Shown here one piece after another: positions 1 to 14,202 of a DNA stretch of 64,000 bases. The translations under genes and the position numbers were made by a program. The notes beneath the pieces are model-generated. The model had not been told where the DNA came from. It did not search any database and saw only the letters and a program-made list of their open reading frames with translations. The DNA lies in the NCBI RefSeq assembly GCF_009914755.1, contig NC_060929.1; one strand, 5' to 3'. The DNA is from the human T2T-CHM13v2.0 reference genome, Homo sapiens. Each line of letters begins with the position of its first letter. Positions within the stretch are counted from its first letter, which is position 1.

Positions 1-1297
1 AACATGGGCTGTTTTTAAGTTTATTTTGATGGAACTTTTGATAAGAAATCTCAGATTAGACTTTTAAAAGCCTTTCAAGGGTCAGAAGTCAAAGGAGGGC
101 GAACATCAGACTTTGGCTGCAGTATCTAAAAATCTGCATGAATTTCTCTCTTCTTGAGGTCTCCAATATATCTGGAGGTTCCTGGCCTGTCAAGAGGTAA
201 AAATGTTTATTCACTCACTGTGAGCTTGGGAATCCTTGAAGCTAGGCATCCTGTGCATAGTCTCAAATATCACATTCAAGTCAAACCATTTATAATATAA
301 CCAATGTTTGTAATTCTATCCTGTTACAAAGAGAATAGATTTTTATTGAATTAATGCAAATAACTATGTTGCCATAAAATAAAAATATCAATAAGAGCTC
401 TCTGAAGACTGCAGCCACAGGTAGGAAGAAAAAATAAATATTTCCATTTTTATTTATAAAAGTATACTTTACCAAATTGCTGTATGCTATAGATAGCTTT
501 TTAAAAGTTTTCTCAAATCTGGAAAACAAAAAATTTAAAAAAAACAGCAAAATGTTAAGCAAAAAGTCACTCGAAAATATTGCCATCAGTTTGTTTAGTC
601 CCATTCATTAAACTTATTCTACTTGATCTGGGTTAGATGTTTTAAGAAGCCATCGTTTCTTCATTAGAGTCCTGGAAATTCTTTCCCAGTCCAGTGGTAT
701 AATCTTAAACTCATAAGAAATCTAAATTCCAGCATACTTGCTAGAGTCCTTTTCATGAACCTCCTTGAAGAGGAAGTATTTTTCTTTATTCATTTTAATT
801 TATTCTCTACAATACTTCATTAGGGAGTTCAATGATTTGCACTCAGAAGTTAAATAGCCAAGAGGCAAGCAAGTATAATAAACTTCAGAATTGGACTGAG
901 GTTGTTGCACTGAAGGCCATGTAGTCTTTTGCTTCAGGGAAATAACAACAAAAATAACCAAAATGAACACATAGCTCCCTAGGCTTCTGAATCTCAATAG
1001 AGAATAACATCAACATTTAATGAAATTGTAGATATTAACACATCATGGGAAAAAAGATACTGTGCAAAATATTATAATTAACACTTGGCACTTCTTATGT
1101 CTAGATTTTTATTATAAACAATAAAATATATGTAATATCTTAACTACAGACCTTTCATGTTGAAAGGGCATCTAACATAACTTGTTTTAACATTATGAAG
1201 GGAAAAAGTTTAGAAATTTCAAAGTGGAAACAATCCAACACTAACAAACTATAGTGATCAAAAGTATTAACTTTTAAAGAAAAACAAGGACAATTCA

Positions 1298-1480
1298 TAA
1301 AAGTAGAACTACCATTTGATCCAGCAATCTTACTGGTTATCTACCCAGAGGAAAAGAAGTCATTACACAAAAAAGATACTTGCACATGCACGTTTATAAC
1401 AGCACAATTAGCAATTGCAAAAATGTGGAACCAGCCTAAATGCCCGTGAATCAATGAGTGAATAAACTGTGGTATATATT

Positions 1481-1519
<39 letters not shown>

Positions 1520-1946
1520 ATATGTATATATATATGCATATGTATATATATATATATATATGCATAAATACATATATGTGATGGAATACTATTCAGCCAT
1601 AAAAAGGAATGAATTAATGGCATTCATAATAACCTGGATGGGATTGGAGACTATTATTCTAAGTGAAGTATCTCAGGAATGGAAAACCAAACATTGCATG
1701 TTCTCACTCTTAAGTGGGAGCTAAGCTATGCAGATGCAAAGGCATAAGAATGATACAGTGGACTTTGGGGACTCAAGGGAAAGAGTGGGAAAGGCATGAG
1801 GGGTAAAAGACTACAAATTGAGTTCAGTGTATACTGCTCGGGTGATGTGTGCACCAAAATCTCACAAATCACCACTAAAGGACTTACTCATGTAACCAAA
1901 TACCTCATGTTCTCCAAAAACCTATGGAAATAAAAAATTTAAAAAA
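1298..1946 (+). mobile_element. L1 3' fragment (L1PB-like) containing a (TG)n(TA)n microsatellite at ~1483-1578
   Basis: gaactaccatttgatccagcaatc...ORF2 end and 3'UTR...caccactaaag...cctatggaaataaaaaa. Confidence 0.9.
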
Positions 1947-4900
1947 TTACAGAAAGGGAATGTATTATGAGACAAGCCACGTTTATAGACCAAAGCATGC
2001 TCATAGCTAGGGATGAAACAAACCACAAACCAAGCCAGCAAAGTTGGGTTGATTCCTTGAAAAGAATGGTTACCTATTGTCCAGATTGAGTAGCCCAAAG
2101 ACAGAGGAAACACTGAGCGTAAAACATTCCCTTTTTTTTAAACCTACCACTCACACCACATGCACTGATCACTCTCATCACTGCTTTGGTAAAGCATGTA
2201 GGATGCAGTTCAGTTTCAATTTGGAGCTGTTACCTCCCCAGGCAAAGCTGCCACACAGATGATCCAGGCTTGGTGTTTTTCCTGAGAGCCACCTGCCACA
2301 CATTTTCATAAGGTGACCATGACTATGCACATCCAGGCTACTTCCTGACTAGGCCCTGTTCAGGAAGCATCCTGAGGTGTCCATTCCTCGTGGAGCCAAA
2401 TAGTTCCCTTGGTTGACTCCTGAGTCCCCTTGGCAAGCCAAGCAGAATTCAAGCATTTCTACTGCTAGCCTTGTGTGGGAGCATGAGCGAATGTAAAGGG
2501 AGCAAGGCTCTTCAGTCCATAAACCACAGCCTACTTCGGGGTGGTGCTGGACCAGCCCTATTCTTGGGTACTGAATTTCTTTTTCTCATTTGTTGGGATT
2601 TTAAATTTTCTATTTATTTTCTTAAATGGCAGGTATCCTACTGCATCTTCAATAAAATAAAATATATACATATATATGTTGTACACTGGAGAAAACAAAT
2701 AGGGGAACAGTTTGATAGTTTAGCCCCATTTTTTGCTTTTATTTAACCTTTAGAAGAAAACACAATTATTAAAACAGAATGCTTGAGCAGTAATAAGCGT
2801 AGCCCTATGTATCAATATTATTGTACAAATTGGATGTGGGTGCTTAACCCAGAGCTGACCACCCTGATAATAATCCAGAAAAAAACCATTGTTACATCTG
2901 TTTGTAACAAGACATTTATTATTCTCAGCACCAGGACATCATAAAATGACTCCTTGATCTTCATTTACTTCACCAAGGGAAACGTGGCAGGCTACAGAAA
3001 CTCAGCACAGCAGTTAGTGGGGCTGTGCCCTGGGTGCCCTGATGTCACCCACATTTCCCTTGCATGTCTCAGGTCCTAATAAGCAGTGCAGGACAATGTT
3101 GAGCCAACCTACTCACCCGTGCCCATTCCTTCCCAGAAACTTAAAGGTGATCCCTATAATAGCACATATGTCCTTTCCCAAATTGTGTCTTTGCTCCCCT
3201 AACCCCATTCTTGGCAGAAGAAAAAACAAAACATCTCTTGACTTGAATATTTGCTTATTTTAGAAACCGACACAATCACCATAAACTTAAAAAAAAAATA
3301 AATCAAAATGTTGTTTTCACTGGGTTGACAGCTATCTGCTTCAAGAATTCTCTAAGCATGTTGTTGAAAACCAGTGTAACATCTTTAGGATCTTTCTCCC
3401 AACTGACCAGTCTTCCTGTGAATCATTTCAGCAGTTCCTTTGTGGCAATGTTTACAAAGCATCTTCTAAGTCCTCTAATTCTATGAGCTTTGCTATCAAA
3501 ATAGTGAAGAATAGGAAAGGGGGAGGAAAAAACTAGCTGACAGCTATTTGGAAATCAGCAACAATGTGAAAGAGAAATGTATCTCATGAAAGTTTGAAAG
3601 ACATGGAATAAATGAGCTCTTTGGAAATTTGCCCTGGCGGAGTGAAGATTCCCACTTTATCTTCTTAGGCAAGATAAAGATCCACCTTATGTAATTACAC
3701 AGCTTTGTTTAAGCATCCTGTAAAAGACTGAAAAATCAACTGTCTTCCTAACTCTACAGGCAAACTAGAAAAAGGATCTCCCTGCTTACTGGTCCCTCAG
3801 GATGTTTTCCTGAAAAGAAAACCAGCTTAGAGATACTGGATTTTCTTCTATGACAAAGTGTCCTCTTAAAGTCCAACCGAAACTTGTTTGCACACTTACA
3901 CTTCTGAAAGCCTAGGTCCGACTATAGGGCTGATACCGGGAGAGAAGTGAAGTAGCTGGGTGGTGAGGAAGTGGTCTCTCCTTTCACATCTCTGTGCAGT
4001 CATGATATCAAGACCCCTTGTGGACATCTCTATTCCATTCCTCAGTCAGTGACACCACAGAGCTCTGTTTGATACCGGGAGACTTAATGCAGTAAAAGTG
4101 ACAGAAAGTGCAACTGATAGTAGGATGAAAATTATAATCTTCAAGGATTATTGAGCCATGAGATCTGCAATGCTATCGTAGGGTTTCTGATCCTGATGTG
4201 GGTCTCTGTCCAGGATCCTTGAAGAAATTATGGCACCCACATCCAACCCTAACATAGCTTCCACTTATGAAACAAGGAGGTTGTAATCAACTCTTGGTAT
4301 GTAATAAACTGGAAGTTCAAAAATGTAATTTAAAACAATCTAAAAGAATGTAATGTTGGTCTCCATTGCACAGACTGCTAGGGGAATATATCAACTTGAT
4401 TTGGGGAGGCTGTAGAGGTATATAGAGGAGTATATGGGTTAAACCTTAATGGACCATCAGTTTCAGAGAAGAAGCAATTTTTTATTGTAGCTGATGGCAA
4501 ATGCTTTTAGAAAAGAATGAAAGCAGTCGGTCCCTGTGGATGACAGACTTAGAGCGGCCATGGTTAAAAATCTCATGGAGTTTATTATAATAATAATGTA
4601 ATTGACAAAGAAATTTGTTTATTTCTGTGGCATACAAAACTTGAAGATAATAACCAAGATTATGACCGATAACATATCAGATTTTGAAGAATTCAATATA
4701 ATTTTGTAACACATATCAATAACATTCTGAAATACAACTTAAAGAAGGTTTAGCACCACTTAGTATTTGACAATACTCCCTATATAATTTAATATATCAA
4801 GTAAGTCTCATTAGTTTAATATATCTCTTTACAATGTGAGATACACATTCTTTGATCTTTCCAGGGGTCCAAATGAGAAATATCAAAATTAACTTGAGGG

Positions 4901-5091
4901 CAAAAAGAGTTAATTTAAAATATTATTTTGGGAAGTTTGTCAAAAACATCAAACAGTTTAAAACACTTTATCAGAGTACGATAACAGGTAACCAAAATGA
5001 AAATTAAAAGATTTCAAAAAATAAATGTAGAAATTTACATAATTGTCAACAAAAACATAGCTTTTTAATACTGAGAACATTTACTTTTCTC

Positions 5092-6701
5092 TTTTTTTAA
5101 CTTTTATTTTAGGTTCAGGGGTACACATGTGGGTTACTTACGCATTTATATAGGTAAATTGTGTGTCACGGGGTTTGGTGTGTAGATTATTTCATAACCC
5201 AGATAATAAGCATAGTACCCAGTAGGTAATTTTTAAATTTTCATCCTCCTTCCTCCCTCCACTCTAAAGTAGGCCCAGTGTCTGTTGTTCCATTTGTGTC
5301 CATATGTACTCAATGTTTAGCTCCCCTTATAAGTGAGAACATATGGTATTGGGTTTTCTAGGATAATGGCCTCCAGCTCCACTCATGTTGCTGGAAAAGA
5401 GATGATCTCATTCTTTTTATGGCTGCATAGTATTCCATGTTGTATATCTACCACATTTCTTCATCCAGTCTACCACTGATGGGCATTTAGGTTGATTCCA
5501 TGTCTTTGCTATTGTGAAAAGTGCTGCAATGAACATACACGTGCATGTGTCTTTATGGTAGAATGATTTGTATTTCTTTTGGTATATACTCAATAGTAGG
5601 ATTGATGAGTTGAATGGCACTTCTGCTTTGAGTTCTTTGAGAAATGGCCACACTGCTTTCCACAATGGCTGAACTACCTTACATTCCCACCATCACTGTA
5701 TAATCATTCCCTTTTCTCCACAACCTCACTAGCATCTCTTATTTTTTGAGTTTTTAATAATAGCCATTCTCATTGGTGTGAGATGGTATCTCATTGTGGT
5801 TTTGATTTGCATTTCTCTAATGATTAGTGATGTTGAGCATTTTGTCATATGCTTTCTGGCCACATGTATGCCCTCCTTTGAAAGTGTCCGTTCATGTACT
5901 TTGTGTACGTTTAAATGGGATTGTTTGTTTTTCACTTGTTGATTTTTTTAAGTTCACCAGATGCACTGTGCTGGGGTTCTGTGATAGTCCCTAATTGCTG
6001 TGCACCCTCCCAAGCCTGAGAGCAGCAGGAGGGAGGGTTGCGAGACAGCAAAAAGGTGGACTGCCTCTCTCTTTGGGAGCTGCATGCCGGAGAAGTGTAG
6101 AGCTGCTCCCAGCTGGAGAACTCAGGAGGACTAGGGTGGCCTCACTAGCATCCCAGGCTAGTGGGCCTTATCCTACAAGGTTCAGTGGTGGTGAGGTCTG
6201 CAGTCTATCACTGCTCAGCCCCATGGACTTGGCCCCTTTTCTGGGGAGCGTGCAAGAAAACTTGGCCTTCCCAATTGCTGGAGCTGCAGCCCCTGGTTTT
6301 GGGGTACCCAGGGAACAAATGCTACTGGGACTCCACACCTACCTAAGAAGCAGCTCTACCCAGACTCCACATGGCTCTCTGTTTTGGTCTGGAGACCCCA
6401 GCTGGGGTATCTCCTGAGCCCAGGGATTCAAAGGTTCGTGGCAGAAATATGCATCCCACGGGACTCTCACTCACTCACCATTTTCTTGTAGGGGGATTCC
6501 CCTGGGTCTGTGCCACTCCTGGGTGAATGGTTGATCTGTCTCACTCTTCTCCGTGATCCGAAGGTCACACTATGTCACTGATGAATCCTTATGTGTCCAC
6601 CTGGATGTTCCGGTTGAAGAGCTAGTGTCTCACCACTCTTTCTGCTATTTGTGAGAGTGGCACACACTAGCTGCTTCTAGTCAACCATCTTGGCCCCACC
6701 T
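5092..6701 (-). mobile_element. Old L1PA (PA15/16-like): 5'UTR (6701-5956) joined directly to ORF2 end and 3'UTR (5955-5092)
   Basis: Minus strand starts gaggtggggccaagatggttgactagaagcagc (L1 5' end with YY1 core); ORFs 5417..5665 and 5729..5935 are ORF2 C-terminal remnants; TSD catttacttttctc / cactcacttttctc. Confidence 0.85.
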
Positions 6702-8854
6702 CACTCACTTTTCTCAAGTAATCAAAGACCTAGTAAAAGAGAGCATAAAGCATAAGAAATTACCTTGATAAACAAAAAATCTTGGTTTATTAGGCCAGTT
6801 ATCTAAAAGGTAGAGAAAACATTTCACTATTGTCTATTAAGAGCAGGTCAATACTCAAAGAAAAGCTTGTTGTTTCAGCACAGGGGACAAATTTCAAGTT
6901 TTCCATTCCTGTACTTTTGATAATAATGCTCAAGTTTTCAGAATATTTATAAATAATTTCCTTTTAACTTTAGCCAACTTGGTCACACATAAAATTCTTT
7001 TCACAAGATTAATCTTCCACAAACTTTCTATAAATTTGTCATCCAGTTATCTTATTCAGTTTTTGTCTATATTTTTTCTCTTTTTCTTTTTGGAACAGTA
7101 AGACATTCTACTTTTAGACAAAAAATACTCTCTTTTTCCCTTAACAAAAACACAACCTCTTACTTATAACTTTCTGTATGTGTTTTCCTTCCCTCACGTA
7201 CAGATTTGTTTCCCTTCATTATTTCTAGTTTAAATTACTCTAATATTAATTTTAATTAACTCTTAGTAACCTTAATTTCTAGTGAAAATTAGTAAGCATT
7301 TTGAAGTGCATCATGTTAGTATTTTGCAGATGAACACCATCTCATAAAATAATTTTTATGCCTTTAATTAACAGGCCCAAATATGTTTAGCTTTTCCATA
7401 ACATGTGAAACCAAGATGCCAAATTACGTATATTTTAAACTTCTGTTAAGCAATTGATATTTCAGTATTTTCCTTAGAAATGACTCAAATATTAAATCAG
7501 TAAAGTGTTACTTAATTTAATATAACATGATTTTAAGATTTCAAGTCACACTAAATTATTTTTGAAATTCTGACAACTTTATTATCAACCTTTTGTCAAT
7601 TTATATTCACCTAATTCACTTGTTCTTAACAATTGTGCTTCAGTTCCTCCTTAAACACAAGGATGAGTGGATTTATAGCTTTAAGACATTCATTATACAT
7701 CTCAGTAATAGCAAGCTTGTTTCACCAGTAACTTTAGGTTTAAAAACTGTATCTGTACATTGTAATTAATGCTGACAATTCTGAAAATATTTGTTTTTAT
7801 TTTGCCAACAAATTTTAAAACTAGCTTTGTCTGCCAAAGATTATTTCATCACATAAGCCAAAAGGCAATTGAGTTTCTGTTTTTCTGAGAGAATTCTTAG
7901 TTTAAACACTTATGTTTTCTCTGTAAGCCAATTAAGTAGAGCCGTTTATGAATTTTGGTAGAAAAAATTGTACATACGCACACACACACACACACGTAGA
8001 AAAATACAGACAGAGGAAGAACTTACAACTTGCATTAAGAATTGTTATTTGCCTGGCTTGCAAGTAGTTTTACTCCCTCTTTCAGACTATCTGTCTTTTA
8101 ATGATCTGTTCAATTGGCCCATAAACAAGTGTTAGTTAGGCCACCCAAAATTTGTACTTCCAAAGAGATGATTTTTAGGTGAAGGAATGTAGAAAATTTA
8201 AATCTCAAAGGTACAGAACTTAAACACCACTATTTGTTGAGATGAAAAAAAGCATATATAGGAAGCCTTCAAAATGAAATGGTCAAGGGTGAGTTTACAC
8301 AGATAGATAGATTTAGGTCTCTTCCTTTTGCTTTGTGAAAGCATCTAGTGTTTTAGGTGTCAGAGAGGGAGATATCCTTACAAAGCAGAGATTATCATTA
8401 CAGGTTTACATTTCTTACAAAGAGTTTCAAAATAAACAGGTAAATGCCAAAAACGTATATTTTGGAGACGGATTAATTCACTAGTTGGTCTATTCAACTT
8501 AACTTGTTTCCTAATGAGATTAAATTCATGCACAAATAACCAAACCAAAAATTAAACCAAAAGAATACTCACCAGAAAGGATGTCCTTTACAAGAGCAGA
8601 TCCCCCAAAATGTAAGAGTTCACTGAAAAGGTGGGAGCTCAAACCAAGAGAGGACTTATCTCGCAGCATAAAGACAACTTGTACAAGTGAAGATCACAAT
8701 AGGCTCAGGTGAGTATCATACACAATTTCAAGTATCGCCAGATACTTGAAAGCCTTCCAAAGGCTTTCTTTGTTACTGTTTGGATAACAGTGCTGTAACT
8801 GTAAGTAACAAAGAAGGCTTGGAGCCTTTGCATCTTGCTTCTGACATTAGATTA

Positions 8855-9645
8855 TGTCAACTTAAACAACAGAGATACTGACTCTCTAAAATAAAGAGTG
8901 TATTCAGGAAATAGCAGTAAATTGCAATTTGAAATACACATGCTATGGTGGACCTTAGGCACCAAAGAAGCTGAGGGACTGTATTAGTTTGTTCTAGCAC
9001 AAAGAACTACCTGAGACTTGGTAATTTATAAAGAAAAGAGGTTTAATTGACTCATGATTTCATAGGCTGTACAGGAAACATGATTGGAGGAGGCCTCAGG
9101 AAACTTACAATGATGGCAGAAGGCAAAAAGGAAGGAGGCACGTCTTACATGGCCGAAGCAGGGGGAAGAGGGCAAAGGGGAAATACCACACACTTTTCAA
9201 CAAGCAGGTCTCATGAGAACTCACTATCACAAGAACAGCAAGGAGGAAATCCACCCCCATGATCCAATCGCCTCTCACCAAGCCCCTCCTCCAACATTGG
9301 GGATTACAATTCGACATGAGATTTGGGTGGGGACACAAATCTAAACCATATCAGGAAGGCAAAAATCTTAAAAGAGAAATTTTATGTAAGTTTTGTAATA
9401 AACCTCATGGGCCAGAGAAGCTTGTTACAAGAGTTGGCAAATACTCATTGATAATATTGGCTGTTGCTGGAGAGATGTCTTCATAGAATTATCATATCTA
9501 ACATTTTCGTGGTTTTTGAGAGAACCATTGCAGCAGTTCTTATTATAGACATATGTACATGAAGGCCCCTCTTTCATGGCCTCCCAGCTTCATTTTTTTA
9601 TGGTTTGATGTAAGTGACTCCATTTTGGTGCTCACAACTTCCACA
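8855..9645 (-). mobile_element. MER67-like ERV1 LTR, split by an MST insertion
   Basis: TG...CA ends; minus strand begins tgtggaagttgtgagcaccaaaatggagtcacttacatcaaacc...gggaggccatgaaag. Confidence 0.65.
8981..9353 (-). mobile_element. MST (MaLR) solo LTR
   Basis: tgtattagt...aaagaggtttaattgactca...aaaccatatca. Confidence 0.9.
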
Positions 9646-9705
9646 TTTCTCCCTTTTGGTTGAAATATTTTTCTGAAAGCATTTCACACTTAAAAGATAT
9701 AGATT

Positions 9706-10020
<315 letters not shown>

Positions 10021-11315
10021 TGAAATAATTGTAAAAACCAACCATAGTTCTCAGTAATGATAGTTTCATTTCCGTCAGCTATTAGTAGAGTTAATTAACT
10101 CCTATCAACCTCACATTTTCCATTTAAAAAATACAGGAGAAAAAGTTTGATGTGGGTTTAATGAGAAAACTTATATAAAATAGATCTAACTACTATATTT
10201 ATCACAAAACAGATGCACAAACTATGTTTTTTTCCTCTCACTTGTTCTTATTTTATATATCATTTTAATTGAGGAAATCATTGAGCATAATGTAACAAAT
10301 ATTTTCATAAGTTATTATAAAGAGGGTTGAAGGACTTGTTAGAAAGTGTCTGGCAGTGGAAAAAACATCTGAATAGAAAAAGAAAATAGCATGTGAATGC
10401 TGAAATAGCGTATTAAATAGCTGCAACTCTAATATAATTTACATTTGGATTTTAGTATAGACAGAATACTTAAATTTATTTCTGCAGTCTTTTCAGTTGT
10501 TAAACATTTTATTGAACTCTTCATGTGCCTTTCAGATGTATTGTGCTTCAAGTGTGCTTGTACCAGCTTTTTCTGTTTAGAAATGCTTGAGTGTCTCCAT
10601 TGTCAAAACGATCAGAAGGCAGTAATTGTATTTCCAATGTGAGGACAAACAATACTAGATATGCTGCGATCCTACATTGTAAAAAATATTCCCATCAAAT
10701 GCCCCAATGGATAGCCACGTAAGTGATCATCTGTAATTATTTAGTCAAGAAATGAATATTTTACATGTAAATACTTTGAATGGCTTAATACAAACTAAAT
10801 TTTTCAGAATGCAACCACTATGGAAATTGAAGAGAAAAAGTCTTTTTATTGTAGAAACTTCCCAGAGTCTTTCAATATTTACAAAAATTATGTTGCCAAT
10901 GGCAATACCTTAGTTATTTGAATCACCAGTAGAACACACTATAAAAACATGCATTGTCACATCTGTACCCTGTCACATCCAGGATAACGATAATATTGAG
11001 ATGTATAACTATTTAGCCCTTATTTTAAAACATCAGGTAACAAGCATCAATCAATTTCTATCAAATGTTTCAACTTGGGTATTACAGCATAAGCAGAAAT
11101 ATACTGTTACCAATATCCCAGCCAATTTCTTTTCCTAATGAAACAATAAAACTGAGAATATAGAGACCATTTAGTAAAGCTGATATATATATATATATGT
11201 TTGCATATGTGTGTGTGTGTATATATACATATAAATGTAATTAATACAGTAGATGAGGTCAAAGAAGCAAGTGATACACAACTTTTAATTTGGATGGGAT
11301 GTCCTTGAAGATTCC

Positions 11316-11695
11316 TGTATTAGTCCTTTCTCACATTCCTATATGAAAATACCTGAGACTGAGTAATTTATTAAAGAAAGAGGTTTAATTGACTCACAGT
11401 TCCCTATGACTGGGGAGGCCTCAGGAAACTTGCAATCGTAGTGGAAGGTGAAAGGGAGGCAGGCACTTTCTTCACAAAATGGCAGGAAAAAGAAGGATGG
11501 AAGGAGGAACTTGCCGAACAGTTGTAAAACCATTAGATCTCGAGAGAACTCACTCACTGTCATGAGAACAGCTTGGGAGAAACCACCTCCATGATTCAAT
11601 TACCTCCACCTGGTCTCTCCCTTGACATGTGGGGATTATGGGGTTTACAATTCACCATGAGATTTTGAGTGGGGACACACAGCCAAACCATATCA
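11316..11695 (-). mobile_element. THE1 (THE1C/D-like) MaLR solo LTR
   Basis: tgtattagtcc...gccaaaccatatca; 5-bp TSD attcc/actcc. Confidence 0.9.
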
Positions 11696-11727
11696 ACTCC
11701 TAAATCTTAATACACTTTATTACTAGC

Positions 11728-12118
11728 TGATATGATTTGGATCTGTGTCCCTTACCAAATCTCATGCTGAATTGTAATCCCCAATGTTGGAGGTGGGGTC
11801 TTGTGGGAGGTGATTGGATCATGGGGGCAGATTTCCCCCTTTGATGCTGTATCATGATAGCATCCTCATGAGATATGGTTGGTGAAAGTGTGTGGCACCT
11901 TTTCTCTTCCTCTCAGTCCTGCTTCTGCCTTGCAAGATTCGTGCTTCCACTTTGCCTTCTGCCATGAGTAAAATCTCCCTTTCGCCTCCCCAGAAGCAGA
12001 TGCTGCTATGCTTCCTGTTCAGCCTGCAGAACTGTGAGCCAATTAAACTTCTTTGCTTTATAAATTACCCCATATCAAGTGTTTCTTTATAGCAGCAGTG
12101 TGAGAACAAGCTAATACA
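11728..12118 (+). mobile_element. MST (MaLR) solo LTR
   Basis: tgatatgatttggatctgtgtcc...ctaataca; perfect 5-bp TSD ctagc. Confidence 0.9.
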
Positions 12119-12187
12119 CTAGCCTTCTTGAATACATCTTAGCAAGCTCTCGAGCAGCGTAACCACATAGATTAGAGAAGGCCAAAA

Positions 12188-12578
12188 CTGACAGATTCCC
12201 ATCTTGACCAAAGTTTAATCATTCTTCTCCAGTCCCTCTTCTCAGGCCCAGTTTAACAAAGACGCCTGCTAAGCCAGTTCACTGAGAATCACTTCGCCCT
12301 TGATATCTTATCACTTTGGCATGCCTTTAGCAATAATGCAGTTTAGCAAGAACCCCGCTCCCCGCCACCCCACCCCCCGCCACCCTTAATATCTAATTAG
12401 TTTCTATCCACTGACTCACTCCCTCAGCTCTTTGCTTATAAATTTCCAGCTCCATGCTGGGAGAAATTTTAGTTCAATCTCTCTCTACTATAGCTATATT
12501 ATTCCCCCATTGCTATAGTCCTGAATAGTCTTCCTTGCTATTTTTAACAAGCATCTAGTGTACACATTTCCTTTTGAC
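12188..12578 (+). mobile_element. MER31-like ERV1 LTR
   Basis: cttgaccaaagttta..., ctgctaagccagtt, gtttagcaagaacccc, TATAAA at ~12437, ends tttgaca. Confidence 0.6.
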
Positions 12579-13501
12579 AAAACATAGTGTCCATATGTAG
12601 AGGGAAGAGGAAAGCTAACAAAATATAAAGTCATCCAAACCACACACACCTTGGACAAGCTTATCATGTGTGGGAATAAAATGCTGGAGGTGGGTTTGGC
12701 TTCCCCCCCAAAAAAAGTGTGTAATTTGAAATTTCATATCAAGAACAGTTAAATTCCCAGATTCTTTATCATTACTGAATACCTTAGTAATTATTCTTCA
12801 TTTAACACAACAGGAAATAGGAGATTTATTTTCTGGAGAGACTTGTCCAATTAAAGTGGGGATATGGTTGCTCCGTTGAGCAGAAATTTGGCTTATATAG
12901 ACCCAAAGCTCAGAAAAAGAGTTATAGATCTAAAATGACAATCATTGAGACAATAAAGTTCATGGAAACCATGATGGGAAGCATCTACGTGGAAATAAAA
13001 AGTTGGATTTTCAGTAGAGAAATTGGTAACAATGTAAATTTCCTCTTAATGTCAGGTGAGAACTAATTCTGAAGTCAGAGGAGGAAAGTAGCCTACAACA
13101 AAGAGTAAGATCATCTTGACAGGATCAGGGAGAAAGATAATAGTTGCAAATGGAGACAGGTATATTGATTTAGTGCCAGGTAGTTGAAAGACTATGAGTA
13201 TAAAGACTTATATTTTCTCTGTGTTGCAGTAGCAAAGTCATCTGCAGAGAGAGAGAAGTGAGAAGGGAGAAGAGAGTGTCAGAAATTAGAGGATTGTAGA
13301 GATTGAAAAAGTTATGTCAGGCACAATTGAAAACCCGGTTTCCAATGGTGATCATCGTCTTAAAATATTATCAGTTTGTTTTCTTGCATGACATTCTTCA
13401 GCAGCAGTCATGGACTGAGAAATATGCAGAAATCAGATAGTTGAGTTCATCTAGAGAAGAGGTTGCAATGTGCTTCTAAAAAGGACAAAACCAAAAGCAA
13501 C

Positions 13502-13532
<31 letters not shown>

Positions 13533-13559
13533 AAAATGAAGATGTGAAAGGGGATAGGT

Positions 13560-13775
13560 CAAAACTCAGTAATTTTTTTTAAGCAAAGGGCCAGATAGTA
13601 AATATTTTTATTTTGTGAGCCATATTGTCTCTGTAGGAAGTACTCAGTTCTCCCATGTTCTGCAAAAGCAACCATGGACAATAAGAAAATGTGGCTGCGT
13701 TCCAATAAGAATTTATTTAAAAAATAGGAGATGGATTGTATTTAGCCCAAGGGAAGCAGTATGTCAATTCTGGTT
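13560..13775 (+). mobile_element. MER58A-like hAT MITE
   Basis: aagggccagatagtaaatatttt...ggctgcgttccaataagaatttattta. Confidence 0.75.
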
Positions 13776-14202
13776 TTATGTTACTGGCAATTACATTTTA
13801 AAATATTCAGTAATTGAATCTACAATATCGATTCCCAACTATTGCTGCATATTAGTATCATAATAGAATGCCAGGTCCCAGAGACACTGGGTCAGCCAAT
13901 CTCAATTGGGGCCAAGGCACTCATATGTATCTTTGGAACCTCCTCAGGCAATTCTAACATAAAGCCAATGTTGAGAAGAGCCATTGTTAGTTTGCTTGTG
14001 GGAGTAACTGACCGCAGGAGGATCATAATGCTATAGGCAAAGGCTGAGGCACCAGTGGATTGAAAGTCTTAGTGAGGCAGGAGAACAGCTGCAGTGGGAA
14101 TTGTTGCCACACTGAACAGACAGGAGATTGATCAAAGAGTGGTGTGCTTATTTAGTCATTTAAGAGGAATATCATGTTTTGTCATTATACATTTCATGGG
14201 TT

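Larger units (their letters stand above)
1..8854 (-). mobile_element. MER4-group (ERV1, non-autonomous) internal sequence, interrupted by two L1 insertions
   Basis: MER4-group-like internal motifs (e.g. 4590-4760, 6730-7100); lies directly downstream (minus strand) of an LTR with a degenerate PBS at ~8830-8850; no intact retroviral ORF. Confidence 0.55.

Noticed and set aside
5995-6417. 140-aa ORF antisense to the L1 5'UTR (ORF0-like position)
   Set aside because: TTG start, GC-rich 5'UTR sequence depleted of stops, and no resemblance to ORF0 that I can recognise
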